NCBI GenBank assembly: GCA_051294905.1
Contig: CM119372.1
Span: 9,922,001 to 9,986,000 of the forward strand
Source: Botryllus schlosseri
Taxonomy: Eukaryota
Reading direction: 5' to 3'
DNA: 64,000 nt
Positions within the stretch are counted from its first letter, which is position 1. Every line of letters begins with the position of its first letter. Positions 23,893-36,590 of the stretch are shown one piece after another. The translations under genes and the position numbers were made by a program. The notes below the pieces were generated by a model. That model saw only the letters and a list, made by a program, of their open reading frames with translations. It was not told the origin of the DNA and made no database searches.

Positions 23893-26800
23893 TTAAAGTC
23901 CAGTCACAGTAACGCGCAGCACATCTGAGCTCCCCGTCTCTGAAGTAGCCTGCTTCGTGCGATTGTCACCAAGGCTGCAGGAACTGAAGAGACGACGGAG
24001 ATAACGACTCGTGTGGCTGCGCATTTTCGGCGAACTGATGTTGTAAAATATCGGGTTCATACACTCCGACAAGCGCAGGCAGAAGTATTGAAGCAATCCG
24101 AACCAGTAGTCCGCCACGGGATCGCTCGCGGATAAAGACCATAGCTCGTATGCTGAAATACAACATACGAAGTACAATCGGCAACAAACCGCACTAGATT
24201 AGAAAGAAGGACTTACTGACGAAAGGAAGATACCCGAACAGGAATGACACGACGATAAGGGCCAGCTGTAATACGGCCTGCTTCTCTTTTTGCACCCTTT
24301 TGTTCATTGCGGTGTCGTTAATCCCACGTGACGACACGGTGTGTTTGTGCACCGACCGGCAGATGAAGGGAGACACGATAGCGACCATCAACATGGGCAG
24401 CAGGATGAAGAGAATGTAGCTTGACATCGAATACTTTTTGTAGTGCTCGACTCTGTCACGTGAAAGAGCCGAAGTCAATAGCGATGCGGATTATTTGATG
24501 TGTAGAGGTGGTCTGTAACGAAGGACTTCAACTTCCTAAAAATACACCACTTACTCAAGTGATTATGTCGTTAGGTTGGAGTCGTTAGACTTTACGTCCA
24601 TTTTTAGTTGAAGGTTTTTAGAGAAAAACAACTGTCCGCTTTTTTACTTAGTCAAGAGGAAAGTCGTTTTTGTCAGGAGTGGTCATTATTATATTTCTAG
24701 TTTTCTAAGTACTGAAGTGAATTTTGTCCAAGTCCACTGCTTATTCAAGTGCTTGAGTTTCCACACTACTTACGTGTCTACTTGAACCGTTTTTGAAGCC
24801 GAACTACATACTTAGGCGTTCCAGATTATCTCAATTACATAGTAATAGTTAAATGGAGTTGCATCACACTCATGAGTGAAATTGCAATGACAACTGGGCG
24901 ATGCAGATTGCAGAGCCTGTATGAACTATGAAGGCCGCAAGAGGCTCGGCTGACGCTCAGCAGCGACAACATACGGAACAGCGCCAAATTTATTCTCACT
25001 CTTCGTTCAGCGATGACGTGATCTCTCGTTTTGGCCAATTTAGTGAGAGAGTGAGAACCGTATGCGCGTACGATTTTACGCGAATGTGACCCAGCCTTAA
25101 CAGATTGTTATTTCGAACATTTCGAAAACTGGAGCCCGCTACTGATTAAAAATGATCATCGACGCCTCGATGCGATTTATTTGTTCAAACTCTAAACTTG
25201 AATGTTTCTCGAAATAAATAACTTGAGTGGTCTTTCCATGCATAGAAATTGGATGATTCTTCTTGTCATTGAGTTTACATTTCTGGCATTACTTCTACTT
25301 GCTCTTGAGGGTCAGTGGACATAATAGCATGTGACACTTCAGCATTCGACAATTGGACATGCAACACTTGAGCATGTGAGTAAAATTTGAGGTTAGAACC
25401 GGGTATGATATTGATTGAGGATTGGGTCAGGGTTATGTTTGGGGTTAAAATATATATATGTGTGGATTTCGGGGTAAGGGTTGAGGTTTAGGTTAAGTTT
25501 TGGGGTTGCGAAACCACATGCCAAAGTGAGACGTGCTGTTCTGTCGTTTTGCATTGTGTCGCACGCACAATGTCGGGCAACCGTTTTTGAGTACCAAAAT
25601 GACTACTTTGACCACCTCTGCGTATGTCTATATCTGAGATTTTGCAGCTTGACATTTACCCATTAGGATACGAATGGCACGAGGGTACTATGAATTTTGA
25701 ATTTCCAGTATCAGTTTAACTGCAGTATAAATGACACGTGCAGAATGGGCAATTCGATGATATTTTCGTATCCTTGAATGTCTGCAATGTATGCCTCTGT
25801 AAAAACTGTATATACATTATACATTTGTTGCTCGCCGAGGACAGTATCTAGTTGACTTCACCAAGCCATTGCAATGCCTTCCCGTTGCAATACGATGTTT
25901 CGATATGATCGCGTCAACAAAAAAAATAATACAACTACCATTCACTTACTGATCTAACAGTACAGTGCATGCAGGCCACTTCGCCTTCGTTTCCCCACTG
26001 GTTCTATTCCTTGGTACACCAGGATCAGCTCCTGTAAATATCGCCATCGGCAGAAACCCGCATAGGAACGCCACCAACCATGTAATGCTGATCCATGCCT
26101 ACGAACATCAAACTCCAATACAAATTACAGGTTTCCAGACATCCGAAGGCCGAATGGATTGTGTGAAGATTTGCCCCCTTCAGACATATTGGTGTCGTAA
26201 TTCTGACCGGATTTCTGCTAAACATGGCTCATACTTCAATTTGTGGTGGAAAGAGGAATTTATTTCGCTATATATAGTATACTTTCGAACGAATTCGACT
26301 TGCGTTGCGTTTGTACTTGGTAGGTGCTTAATAATTTGGGATTTATAGCCCTAATATACAGCATGATGTCAGATTAAGAGAATATCAAGTCTAACACAGG
26401 TAACTCTATTTCATTCACCAAAAGTCATTGTCTGAATTACCATCGCAGTTATGTTAAATATTATACGAAAAACTAATCACCGTTACAGAAATAGTTAAAA
26501 CTGATCGCGGCTATCACCTTGCGTCGTGGCCTCAAATGACGTTCGATAACTTGGTATCTGACGTGAATGTATACTGTATACAAATGTTATGTGACCGTGA
26601 CTATTCCATTAACCAGCGCGAGGGCGCTTCAAACCTATAAATGTTCGAAATTCCTAATTTGTAAGTATAATCTATAATCCTGTGCTAGAGGCGAGTTCTG
26701 GAAGCGATGATGCTATCCGTCGAGTCATTTTCAAGCTAGAAATAATCCGAAAATTCTGTTAATACATTTGAAATCGGAACCACGCGTATACAGGAATCGT

Positions 26801-28951
26801 CATAACATTTCAACCGATAAATATATTCACATAGAGAAAGCGGCTCATTGTTAACGAGGTATACCCGATCTTTCGATTCGACTAGGAGTATCCGAAAAAT
26901 ATAGGTATATCATGCAATGTAAGCAATTCCTTCCAGTATCATGCGCTACTGTAGCTGTTACTAAACGCAGAGGGCAAGGTAATATTCCTCCTACCAACCA
27001 CAGACCTTGGCGCGTCTGTCAGATATGCGACGAAAGACGACAGAATGACGGATCGACAGAAGACGCAGAATTGCAAAATTCAAGATGTGCATCGCGGTTG
27101 AAAACGTTGTCATCAAATCGACGGACCAGTAAAGCTGAATAGAATACACTGTGAATAAATGGGTGGAAATGGGTGCATTTACAAGATTTGCACTATAGCG
27201 TAGGGAAGTGGTTAACAATCGGGGAGCCGATAGGACAATTCAGGGGTACCACACGAAAATGGGATAAAGAGGGTTGCTGTTAAGATAAGGACATCCAACT
27301 TATTGTGAGTAGTATTTGGAATGCAAGGATATTAGGATCGGTATTGTCTGTGGTTCAATTATATTTATCCGCCCAGCACATACAATGTACAATGCGATAC
27401 ACAAGACATAATGCTATATAATGAATATATACGACCAAGAGATGTCTCCCTAATCCACTTAAAATGTATAATAACAGATGTAACAGTATGTTCCCTTCCT
27501 CGGTGTCATTCCCTTCGATGTTATTCGTCATTGACTGAGAGTTTTTGTAAGGGGTAGGGAAGGAGGGCCCAAAAAAACTTCAACACTTCGACACTCTGGA
27601 ACGTGCTACTGCCACGAATTGAGCCGGAGTAACCTGCGTCGACGACTGAATTTACCGCTACGCCAAATCCTACTACGGTGGCTACAAAGAGGTCATTCCC
27701 GGCTTGGCCGAAAGGGATAACATTTTTAGTCACCACCATCAGAACCTTGGGATGAACAATGGTATGACGTATAGTTTGATGAACTATTTTGTCATTCGCT
27801 CCCAGAGCGTTGCACTCAGGGTACTCAAAGTTCTAGGGTGGCGCGAACTATGCTCCCTTTCAGAAGGTGACGCGAGATTGAAAAGGTTGAGAACCGCTGC
27901 TGTAGGATGCAAATCAGGTCACCGTCACCTTCTCGTTCAAAGTTCTGCTTCCACGCCTATTCCAATGGATGGAAACGAGTGGAATACACAAAATGTTTAT
28001 TGAATAGTATATTTATATTGAAATGAACCCGAAAATTTTCGACTGACACTCGTCAGGGGTAATCGTCAGCAACTAGTAGAGAATTGGAAAGAGCATTGTA
28101 TATTAACAATCGTATCACAAAATTCTCTACTATAGTTGCTGACGATTACCACAGACGAGTGTCGGCCGAAAATATTCGGGTTTATTTCAATATGAATATA
28201 CTATTCAATATCAACAATCGTATCACATAATATGTCGTCACCAGCATGAAATTTCGAATACGAGAGCGTTCAATGTACTATTTTCAGATGGTACACAAAC
28301 TATTTTTGTTGACACAGCCTTGGCTGGTGTATTTTGATAAAAGTCGACTCCAAGGCACACAAATGAAAGTGTGAACGGCCCCTCCAATTGTTGGATAATC
28401 CCGGTTGTGCGAAAAATTATCGAGACGACAGATTTCGTGTCGTTGGGAGGGGCCGTCCACAAGAGTTTTCGCCGGGTACAATAGGTAAGAAAGAATGTTT
28501 GCGTGACACCCTATGCAATGGTGGAAATCCGGTGAACATATACGATTTTCATTTCCATTCAACCTGCGTGTCATTCCGCTTATAACAAGCTTGTTGCTTT
28601 TGATTGCAATCCAACAGCTTATACCTTGCAAAAGAATTCCGGTGGCACCCAAACGTCAAATCCCAATGTTCTACGATACCAGAACAGCGGACTTATAAGC
28701 GCCGACATCAGGTCGGAGACGCATAGAGAAGTGATGAAAAACATGAAGACATCTCTGCGAAAAATCATACATACTTTTAGATCTTTTGTACTGTGTAGAT
28801 ATCATGGTGTACTTCTACTAACCTGTGAGCTGCCGTACTCTGTATCACTATGATTGTGATGGTGTTCAAGACAACGCCGACGATAAGAAAGAAGAATATC
28901 ACGACACCAGAGATTATTATGATGTCGTCTTTAAATGGGCGGACGTAGGGT
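23893..28951 (-). CDS. Class A (rhodopsin-like) GPCR gene 2, apparently intact, six TM-coding exons
   Basis: Exons 28951-28823 (PYVRPF..VGVVLNTITII, TM1), 28754-28625 (SLCVSDLMSALISPLFWYRR..FFCK), 27134-27006 (LYWSVDLMTTFSTAMHILNFAILRLLSIR), 26098-25950 (ITWLVAFLCGFLP..KWPACT), 24452-24217 (KEKQAVLQLALIVVSFLFGYLPF) and 24152-23893 (RLSECMNPIFYN). All introns are GT-AG, phases are consistent, and there are no stops. Confidence 0.92.
24503..25620. mobile_element. CAGAGGTGGTCA-family MITE with internal insertions, in an intron of GPCR gene 2
   Basis: Ends TAGAGGTGGTCTGTAACGAAG/GACTACTTTGACCACCTCTG match the 21814-23105 family. TSD not evident. Confidence 0.65.
27998..28210. repeat. ~90-bp inverted repeat (palindrome) with CTGACGA/GAAA boxes; possible Penelope-like relic
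   Basis: Arms 27998-28085 and 28121-28210. A 15-bp direct repeat aacaatcgtatcaca (28105-28119, 28213-28227) flanks the right arm. Confidence 0.8.
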
Positions 28952-29710
28952 CTGAATTAATACACATCGACAAATTTGGTGTCTGGTGGTATAGATCTAT
29001 ATGTAAAGTAGTCTGTCCAATGTCATAAACAAAAACACCATTGCGATTTGTTTTCTAAGCATCGTAATCGAGTTTAATTTCGACTCACGTTTGAATGGTG
29101 ACTGTGAAAGTACGACGATCGCCTCGTGCGAATTTGGGACAATTACATATCATAAATTACAATATGATGCAAGCTGGCATATCAATAACCGACTTGACAA
29201 TCAATACTACAAACAACATGGTATGGCCAGTATTGGGTAATTCCTATACTAAGTTACTAAGTACAAGTATAGGCTTATATACATTGCAAGGTATCGCAAT
29301 AATTGATCGACTAGGCAATGGCAACGAAAATGAAACCTTTGTCCCCATATTGAATCCGTCGGTAAGTGAGATACTAGTTTAGGCAACTTCCGCTAGACGT
29401 CGATATAGGTACACAGGCAATACAAACTGAAGATCAGTAAAAAAGATAAATAAATTACTTTTCCAGCACCCTCACCGGCTTCGTAGTGACTTTATTTGTG
29501 GTGCCAATACAACTGCCATACCACACACGTGAGTATTGTTTTGAATTTGAGATCGTAAAAGAAGGAATCAAAAATCACGGCCGGATTCGGATCGAATTCG
29601 ACTTGCCGATGTCTGACAAGCCAAACTCGGATTAGGATGCGGCAGTTAAATGGATTTGGCTTGGGTTTGAAAAATATATTGAGTGCCCGCGCCTCTGCTT
29701 TACCCACGAG

Positions 29711-30135
29711 TAGGGTCGCATTTATAACATACGGTGTTTCAAAGCACTTTGTTTAAAACATGTTTTAAACAGTGTTTTAAGCAGAGGCCTTTTAAAAAAA
29801 TTGTGTTTTTTTAAGTTGTAAAATCATGGCGTAATTGCGTAAATACTTTCCAAAAACATGTTGTATGAGCCTACGGACAATTACCACCGGATATAGACGA
29901 CGTATATCGATATGGGATGGTTGGAACCCTCAAAATAGTCGGTTCAACAACAATAGTACAGATATTTCGTCAAAGGAATCCTATAATTTCAATTGTCACT
30001 GTCAATCCACTATGATGTCACAATTGAATAATCGTGACGTCATGGTTTAAAATAAAATAAATAACCTGTCTTTAACAAGGGCCTTGTTTTAAAAATGTTT
30101 GTTTTAAATTGATTTTTGTTTTAAATGCAAAACTA
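29711..30135. mobile_element. hAT-type MITE (TAGGGTTGCATTTA family)
   Basis: Ends TAGGGTCGCATTTA/TAAATGCAAAACTA with perfect TSD cccacgag. Relatives at 51067-51452, ~53270-53668, ~8380 and ~13280. Confidence 0.85.
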
Positions 30136-30386
30136 CCCACGAGTTTATGACACGACGTATAGCTTCTGTTCCATAAAAGAATGCATGGTGTCTCAAAGAT
30201 TTGGAAGGCAAACTTCTAATTACAGATCTCCTGCCAGTTCCAAGTCACGATATGTATTAACTATGTATGTGTGTGTGTGTGTGTATGTGCTGTACAGTGT
30301 ACACACACACATATCATTCCGATATATAATGTAGCCTACCTATACTCGGAACTAAAATGAAGCGATTTGGGTAAAATAAGTCATAC

Positions 30387-30436
30387 TTGGATTCTGCATC
30401 GTTTAGAAATGACGATGAAGAAGTATTATCAAACAT
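30387..30436 (-). CDS. Candidate first coding exon of GPCR gene 2 (MFDNTSSSSFLNDAES-K)
   Basis: ATG, an N-glycosylation sequon NTS, and a phase-2 donor AA|GTATGA compatible with the acceptor at 28951. This gives 1083 nt = 360 aa plus stop. No paralog support in the window. Confidence 0.5.
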
Positions 30437-33400
30437 CTCGTGTCTTTGTCCGATGGAGAGACTTTGAGTGGTCGTAATCTTATTTCTAGCCACAAGATTC
30501 TGGGGAGGTAAGGTGTGAAAAGTACGCAACATGGTTAGACCAATGGTTAGACCAACCACCATTGCTTCAACAGTAAACTATATCTCCATTGTGAGCCCGA
30601 CACGCAACAGTATCACTTTAACGGTGCAATATCTTTGATTGGTCGATCAAGGATCATCACCCAGAACCCAATCAAGTTCCTGTAAGTTCTCTCCTATCTC
30701 CCAATGAGGATAGAAGCAGTTTTAGATCACGGAAATTTGTGCACGGCTTATACTTAAAACATCTCTATTTCATTCCAAGTACTGATGAGTCTCAAGCTGG
30801 TAATTTGACGACTTTGCTGCGTTTTTAGCGTTTGCATATGAGCCTAATCTATAGTATAAATTACCTTCATACCTGCGTGATATCAGTCGAGATATATTTG
30901 CACTACGCTGTACGAGTAGGCCTACACGTGTTATATCACGCTGGACTTCAAATAATTGTACCAATCAATTGTGTGAATCTTTAGGCAAAACAACACCTCC
31001 GTATCATATCTTCTCAGTGAGTCATGCCTGGTGGAATCAGGCGTAGTTGACTTCACGAAGTACCTTGCGAAACAGCGTCTTGCTAGAAAGTGATGAGATC
31101 GACAACTTTCGCATGATCCTCTGTATCTCCTATCCAGAATAATGTGTAAAGCCAAACTCACCGACGGCCATTCGTAAAGACAATGTTTTGAATTTAAGAT
31201 GAAATTCAACAGATATTTACGATGGATCGTAGGGCACTTACTGTTCCCGTGTACAACACTCCAGGCGAGATCAACGGATTATGACAATGTAGTGTTTTGT
31301 CCTAATGAGCTTTGGTTTGAACGCATTCTAGGGTACAGTAGTACGTAGTGATTTTTACAAACACGGTAGTGGCACTGGAAATTAATTATGATCGCTATTA
31401 CGGGAATATCCGGACTTGCTCAAAACACGAAACAACTCGAACTAAATATCAAGAAGAATGATAATAATTTGACTATGGCACCTTGGAAATACTTTTGTTG
31501 TTGGCTATAGGTAACCTTAATAGTAATACGGGTGACGCGTATACGTACTTTACATCTGGACGTTGTTCCAGATTTTACCCACTTCTAAATTATATAGCAC
31601 GCAGCTACAACCTAGAAATGTTTGGATTGATTTTCATGCAACGCAAACCATGATTATCTGTAGAATCCTTTCAATAGGATTCGCTACACGCAATCTTGTG
31701 GGTGGTACTAGAATTAACCGCGTCACGGTATGAATTTTGTTGACTGGACGATGTGATGTGACAGCCCATTTACTTAAAACGGGGTGTCTTGGTTAAGGCG
31801 CGTGTTATATGAATGTCACGTAATCGAGACAATCGAGCAGTTCCTGATCCACTGTGGCGCAACCTTTTAGTTAACGTCCGCTGTGGCCCTTCGTAATATC
31901 TTGTGGTTAGTCACCACTTTTTCCAATAATAGTAATACGAATTATAATCATAGCATCAAGTAAGTTCTTGCCACAAAAATTACTCATATCCGTCGTGACT
32001 ATAGCTACCTACAGATATTTTACTCGTCGAAAACATACATTTGTTACATAACATTTCTTCGAACGTCGATTAACAGAAGTAATCACATATACTGTTGACT
32101 TATTTTCGCTTTGCGAGTGCAACGGGTGGCCTCGACTACCCTAAATCTGAAATAGGTATTGCGTTATACAAACAAGTGGATATACACCGTGAAGGTAGAG
32201 GCTCATAAGATCAAGGAGCGTATCACCATATGAATCACAGATGACACATCTTAGCAACCATCAAAAGTACATTGTTTCTTGGTTACGATTAGCTCGTATG
32301 CGTGCGCAGCCCATGTTCCTATGTCCATCGTGATAAGAATGACATGATGTATAACAGACGTATTTCATTTGACTTTCGCACGTCATAGAGCTGGGGTAGG
32401 CAACCTCCGGCCCGTGAGTCAAACCATCTGTTTTTATCCACCCGCGAACACCTGTCTGCGCGCAATTCTTGAATGTTTTGCGCTTGTGTATATCCGTTCC
32501 TTTGCAGTCTTCTATAAGTCATAACATGTCGTTTTAGGAAAGCGCGGCTAACCACGGGTACTAACTAGGGATGGTGTGAACGTGAGGTTCACGTTCGCGT
32601 TCTGTGTGTGAACCTCAGAAATGTAGAGGTTCACGTTCACAAACGAACCTTGGTAGGTTCTGCACTGTGAACATTTTTCATATATTACAATTTTCACGCC
32701 ACTTTAACATCTCTGGTTTAAATTATTTGCATTTAAACTTCGGACCACTCTATGCAAGGCGCTGGCAGCATAAAAAATCAACACTGAACGAGCATACACC
32801 TCCACTCAAAAATAGTACTTGCTTTGCTACAATTCTTTTTTTTTTGAATTTTTTTCAGCTTTCTGTTTGTGAATATTTAGTGACTCACTGCTGTGAGCGG
32901 TGAGATTGATCGGCAATCACACAACATCAAGAACGAAATGCACTATATGTACAGGTAGTCAGCGAATGATGCTTATTCCACCAATCATTCAAATTGATAT
33001 AAAGAATACGTCGTTGTCTAATGTAAAAATTCCAGCAGGGGTACGGGATCCATTTTGATTTGCTATGTTAATTGTAAAATAAAACCCAAATCTACGCGAT
33101 TGGATTGTTGTCTACTGTATAACTTGTTTATGGGGTAATATCGGTAGCAAATATAGAACCCCGTTTTACACTCTGCTCAATACCAATGTGTAGCAATGCC
33201 AAGCAGACATGGGGTGATTACTTCATGAATGTAATCGATTACGATTACGATTGCAGCGAAATCCGCAAGTAGTCGATGACGATTACGATTACTTTGGAAA
33301 AGTAATGACGATTACTCACGATTACATTTATTTTGCTTCTTAGAAGTGATTTTTGGAAGATAACAATGCGATGAATAGGCCTCATGAGAGAAGGTCTTTC

Positions 33401-34422
33401 TTTTTAAATGAGACGTCATGGCGTCATTTCCTGTATATGACATAATATACCATTGTATGATTTACAGAAATATAGGCATTTCGGTGCCAGCCAATACCGC
33501 GCCGCGACACACCAAGATATGCTAACTTGGCCAAAACATTGGGTATTTGTCCAATGTTCATAGCTGCGCTGGATGGTCGCGACGAATATTTTTCTCAATC
33601 TCAGCCCCACAATACAAATGCCACCCGGGGCACCCACTGAGGAAAAAAATGAACCCCGTGTAGAAATAAAAATTTCTGGGTGCATCTCACGAAAGTTTTT
33701 CGTTTAGTTTTCTTATCGTCTGCAACGTTTTGGCGGATCCAATATCTTTTGACTATATAGCAGACATGAGGTCATGAATTAGCATGCAATAAAGTTATAG
33801 TTGTAAATTACGTGCTTAAATATTCGCGTTTGGCGCGACTTGACAGCAAATAAACAGCGAATCCATATTGCATCAATTCGTGTTTTCCAGTTCTTGTAAA
33901 AATCCCGGTCGGTAAAGGGGGGTCTGGGGGACTTCGCCCGCCAGAATTTTTATTGATCGCCTTATGGGGGGCCAAAGATCACCATTTTTGAGAAGGGGGT
34001 GGCCAAATATTGTTTCGGTACTGATTCTAGCTGCAATCCACTCTAACACGTGATGTGTAAGCGGATGGCTATAGTGGCAGATCCGAATGTTGAGTATAAC
34101 ATTGCGAAATAGCAATTGTTGCCCGTTTTAAGTAGAGCTGGATGAGAATATAAGGTAAACATACACTTCTGCCTACAATCCACTTGATACAGATATACCG
34201 AGCAGCCGTTACACGAGTAACGGAGAATAACGGCTCGGTTATGATTTTTTTAATCAGCAGCCGTTGGTTTTTAACGCTTTGATGTAGAAATTATCATGTT
34301 TAATTTGACGAGTAAAATATTTCAAATCTTTGTACGGTGTATACGTAAATAGGCCTACCGCTCACCAATCATCAACGGTCAAACTGCGTTTACATAACAA
34401 AACATCAATACATAGTACATAC

Positions 34423-35418
34423 TAGGGGTGAACGTGAGGTTCAGAAATTTAGAGGTTCACGTTCACTAACGAACCTTGGTAGGTTCTGCACTGTGAACCT
34501 TTTTCTGATATTACAATTTTCGCCTAATTAAAACATCTTTGGATAAAATTCATTGCATTTCAACTGCGGGCCACTCTATGCATGGCGCTGGCAACATAAA
34601 AAAATCAACACTAAACGAGCATGCACCTTGACAATCCCAAAAATTTTACTTGCTTTATTATGAAAGTTTGCTCGAAATATCCAGCTTTCCGTTTGTCAAT
34701 ATTTATTGATTCTCTGCTGTGAGCTTGACCCGCAATTACACAACATCAAGAGTGACATACACTACACGTAGTATTGCAGGTATAGTCAGCGAATGATGCT
34801 TATTCAACCAACCAACCAATCAATGAAATTGGCATCGTTGTCTGATGTAAAAAATCTAGCAGGCGGGGTCAATTTTCATTTCATATGTTTACTGTATCAT
34901 GAAAACCAAATCCTGGCGATTGCGGTGTTGGCTACGGCCATATAACTTGTTTAAGGGGTAATATCCGTAGCAAGTACCGAAACCCGTTTGACACTATGCT
35001 CAATATCAACGTAGCATACTCAGACGCCGAATACATTGTCCGGTCTGGCCTAGACTGTTAAGGCGTAAGCTTATATATTCCCTTGCAAGACCTCGTCGAG
35101 TTTGTTGGCAAAGCAACGGAAGATATTGATTTAATGGGATTATTATATCATTTGATTGTCGCAGTTGATACAGTGGCGGTGTTTAAAACGTCAAAATGTG
35201 CTTCAGCATTGCGGCATTATGTGGTCCGAGTCGTCGCCAGGTATCGTGTACAAACTGTACATTAATATAGGCTATCACTTCACTGAAATGTAGGGTTGGA
35301 ATTAGCAATATGACGTCACGTGACGTCATGAGGTTCACGTTCGCGTTCACACAGAACCTTTCAAAAAGGTTCGCGTTCACACAAACCTGAACCTTTCGGA
35401 GGTTCCCATCCATCCATA
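34423..35418. mobile_element. Second copy of the TAGGGATGGTG/GTTCAC MITE
   Basis: Perfect TSD gtacatac (34415-34422, 35419-35426). Collinear with the split outer element. Confidence 0.85.
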
Positions 35419-36590
35419 GTACATACGTTACTATTCGAAACTAGGCAGAGTGGTGATTATTATCCTGCTGAGAGGTAGTGGCGTCTGCAGTGTATTTATA
35501 ACCTGACACAATGCATAGCGGGTGATCTTACAATCACAGCACTACGTACACATGCCGCAGCGAAGAACGATCTAAATCTGAGCAGTACTTGGGCGGATAT
35601 ACTTGCGACCACATCTGTGGCTCGAGATTACCTACTATACGAGAAGTAATGAGTTACTTTCTGCATCTGAAAGAGCATTGTCCACAGTCAACCCCTACTC
35701 ATGAACTCTGTAATGTGTTCGTGGATGATGTAATGACAGTGTGGAAAATGGCAAGAATTGCGACAATGCAGAAATCACATGTGGTGCGATCACTTCAAAA
35801 CCTGCACGAAAGATGGCGTGATCACATGGTATGCCCACCTTAAGAAGTCCTTGAGCAGTCTTGACAGAAAACAGCAATTCAAGACTCTGACTATTACTAT
35901 ATGTTTTAAAGAACGAGCAGCAATGACAGTTGATAACTTCAGGCTACTTCTTGCGTCTTATATTCTCTGCATTACTTTTCGTTCAGTGTGCATGCCTCTT
36001 CTTTACTTCGCCTAGGCCAGAGGTCTCTAACACCACATACTCCAAGTTGTTTCGACACCTTCCTATCTTTTCATTTTATCGCAGTCTTGTGGTGTTTTGA
36101 AACGAAGAAAATATTAATAAACCTGATTGATTGATTGAAAAGATTTCATCATACGGGATGACTAAAGATAATGTGTGACTAATGCTCTTGCTCTTCTCGG
36201 TGTAGGTGAAGATATACATCATCACAAACCTGGTGCGACACACCAAGCAAGATGGATGGGCACAATTATGTATGCTCAGAAGATGTTCATGTGGGCTTAT
36301 CAGTAACATTGGAAATCTGAAGAAGTGGAACTACTGCATCGCTTCAATTTATTTTGAATTCTCTTTAATATTCCTGCCTGGGTTGATTCCAGTATCGGTT
36401 TTGATGCAGCTGGTAATGATTTGAGATTCATCCAGAACATGTTGAGTTACAAGGAACATGATGAACAAGTTTCCAAAGCCGCTTCACAAAAGCTTTTGAA
36501 GCATGACTGGTGTATCGTGGAGGAAACCGGTGTATATGCCTTGTTTTCACCGAGTGAAAGTAATCAAACCCGAGAAAATATGGCAAAGAC

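Noticed and set aside
25390..25510. GGGTTA/GGTTTA-like runs suggesting telomeric repeats
   Set aside because: Degenerate and short; lies within an intronic MITE-like insertion.
29476..29560. Alternative upstream exon for GPCR gene 2 (phase-2 donor CG|gtgag)
   Set aside because: No AG acceptor, and the internal ATG would give an N-terminus without a sequon. The 30387-30436 exon is preferred, but this one is not excluded.
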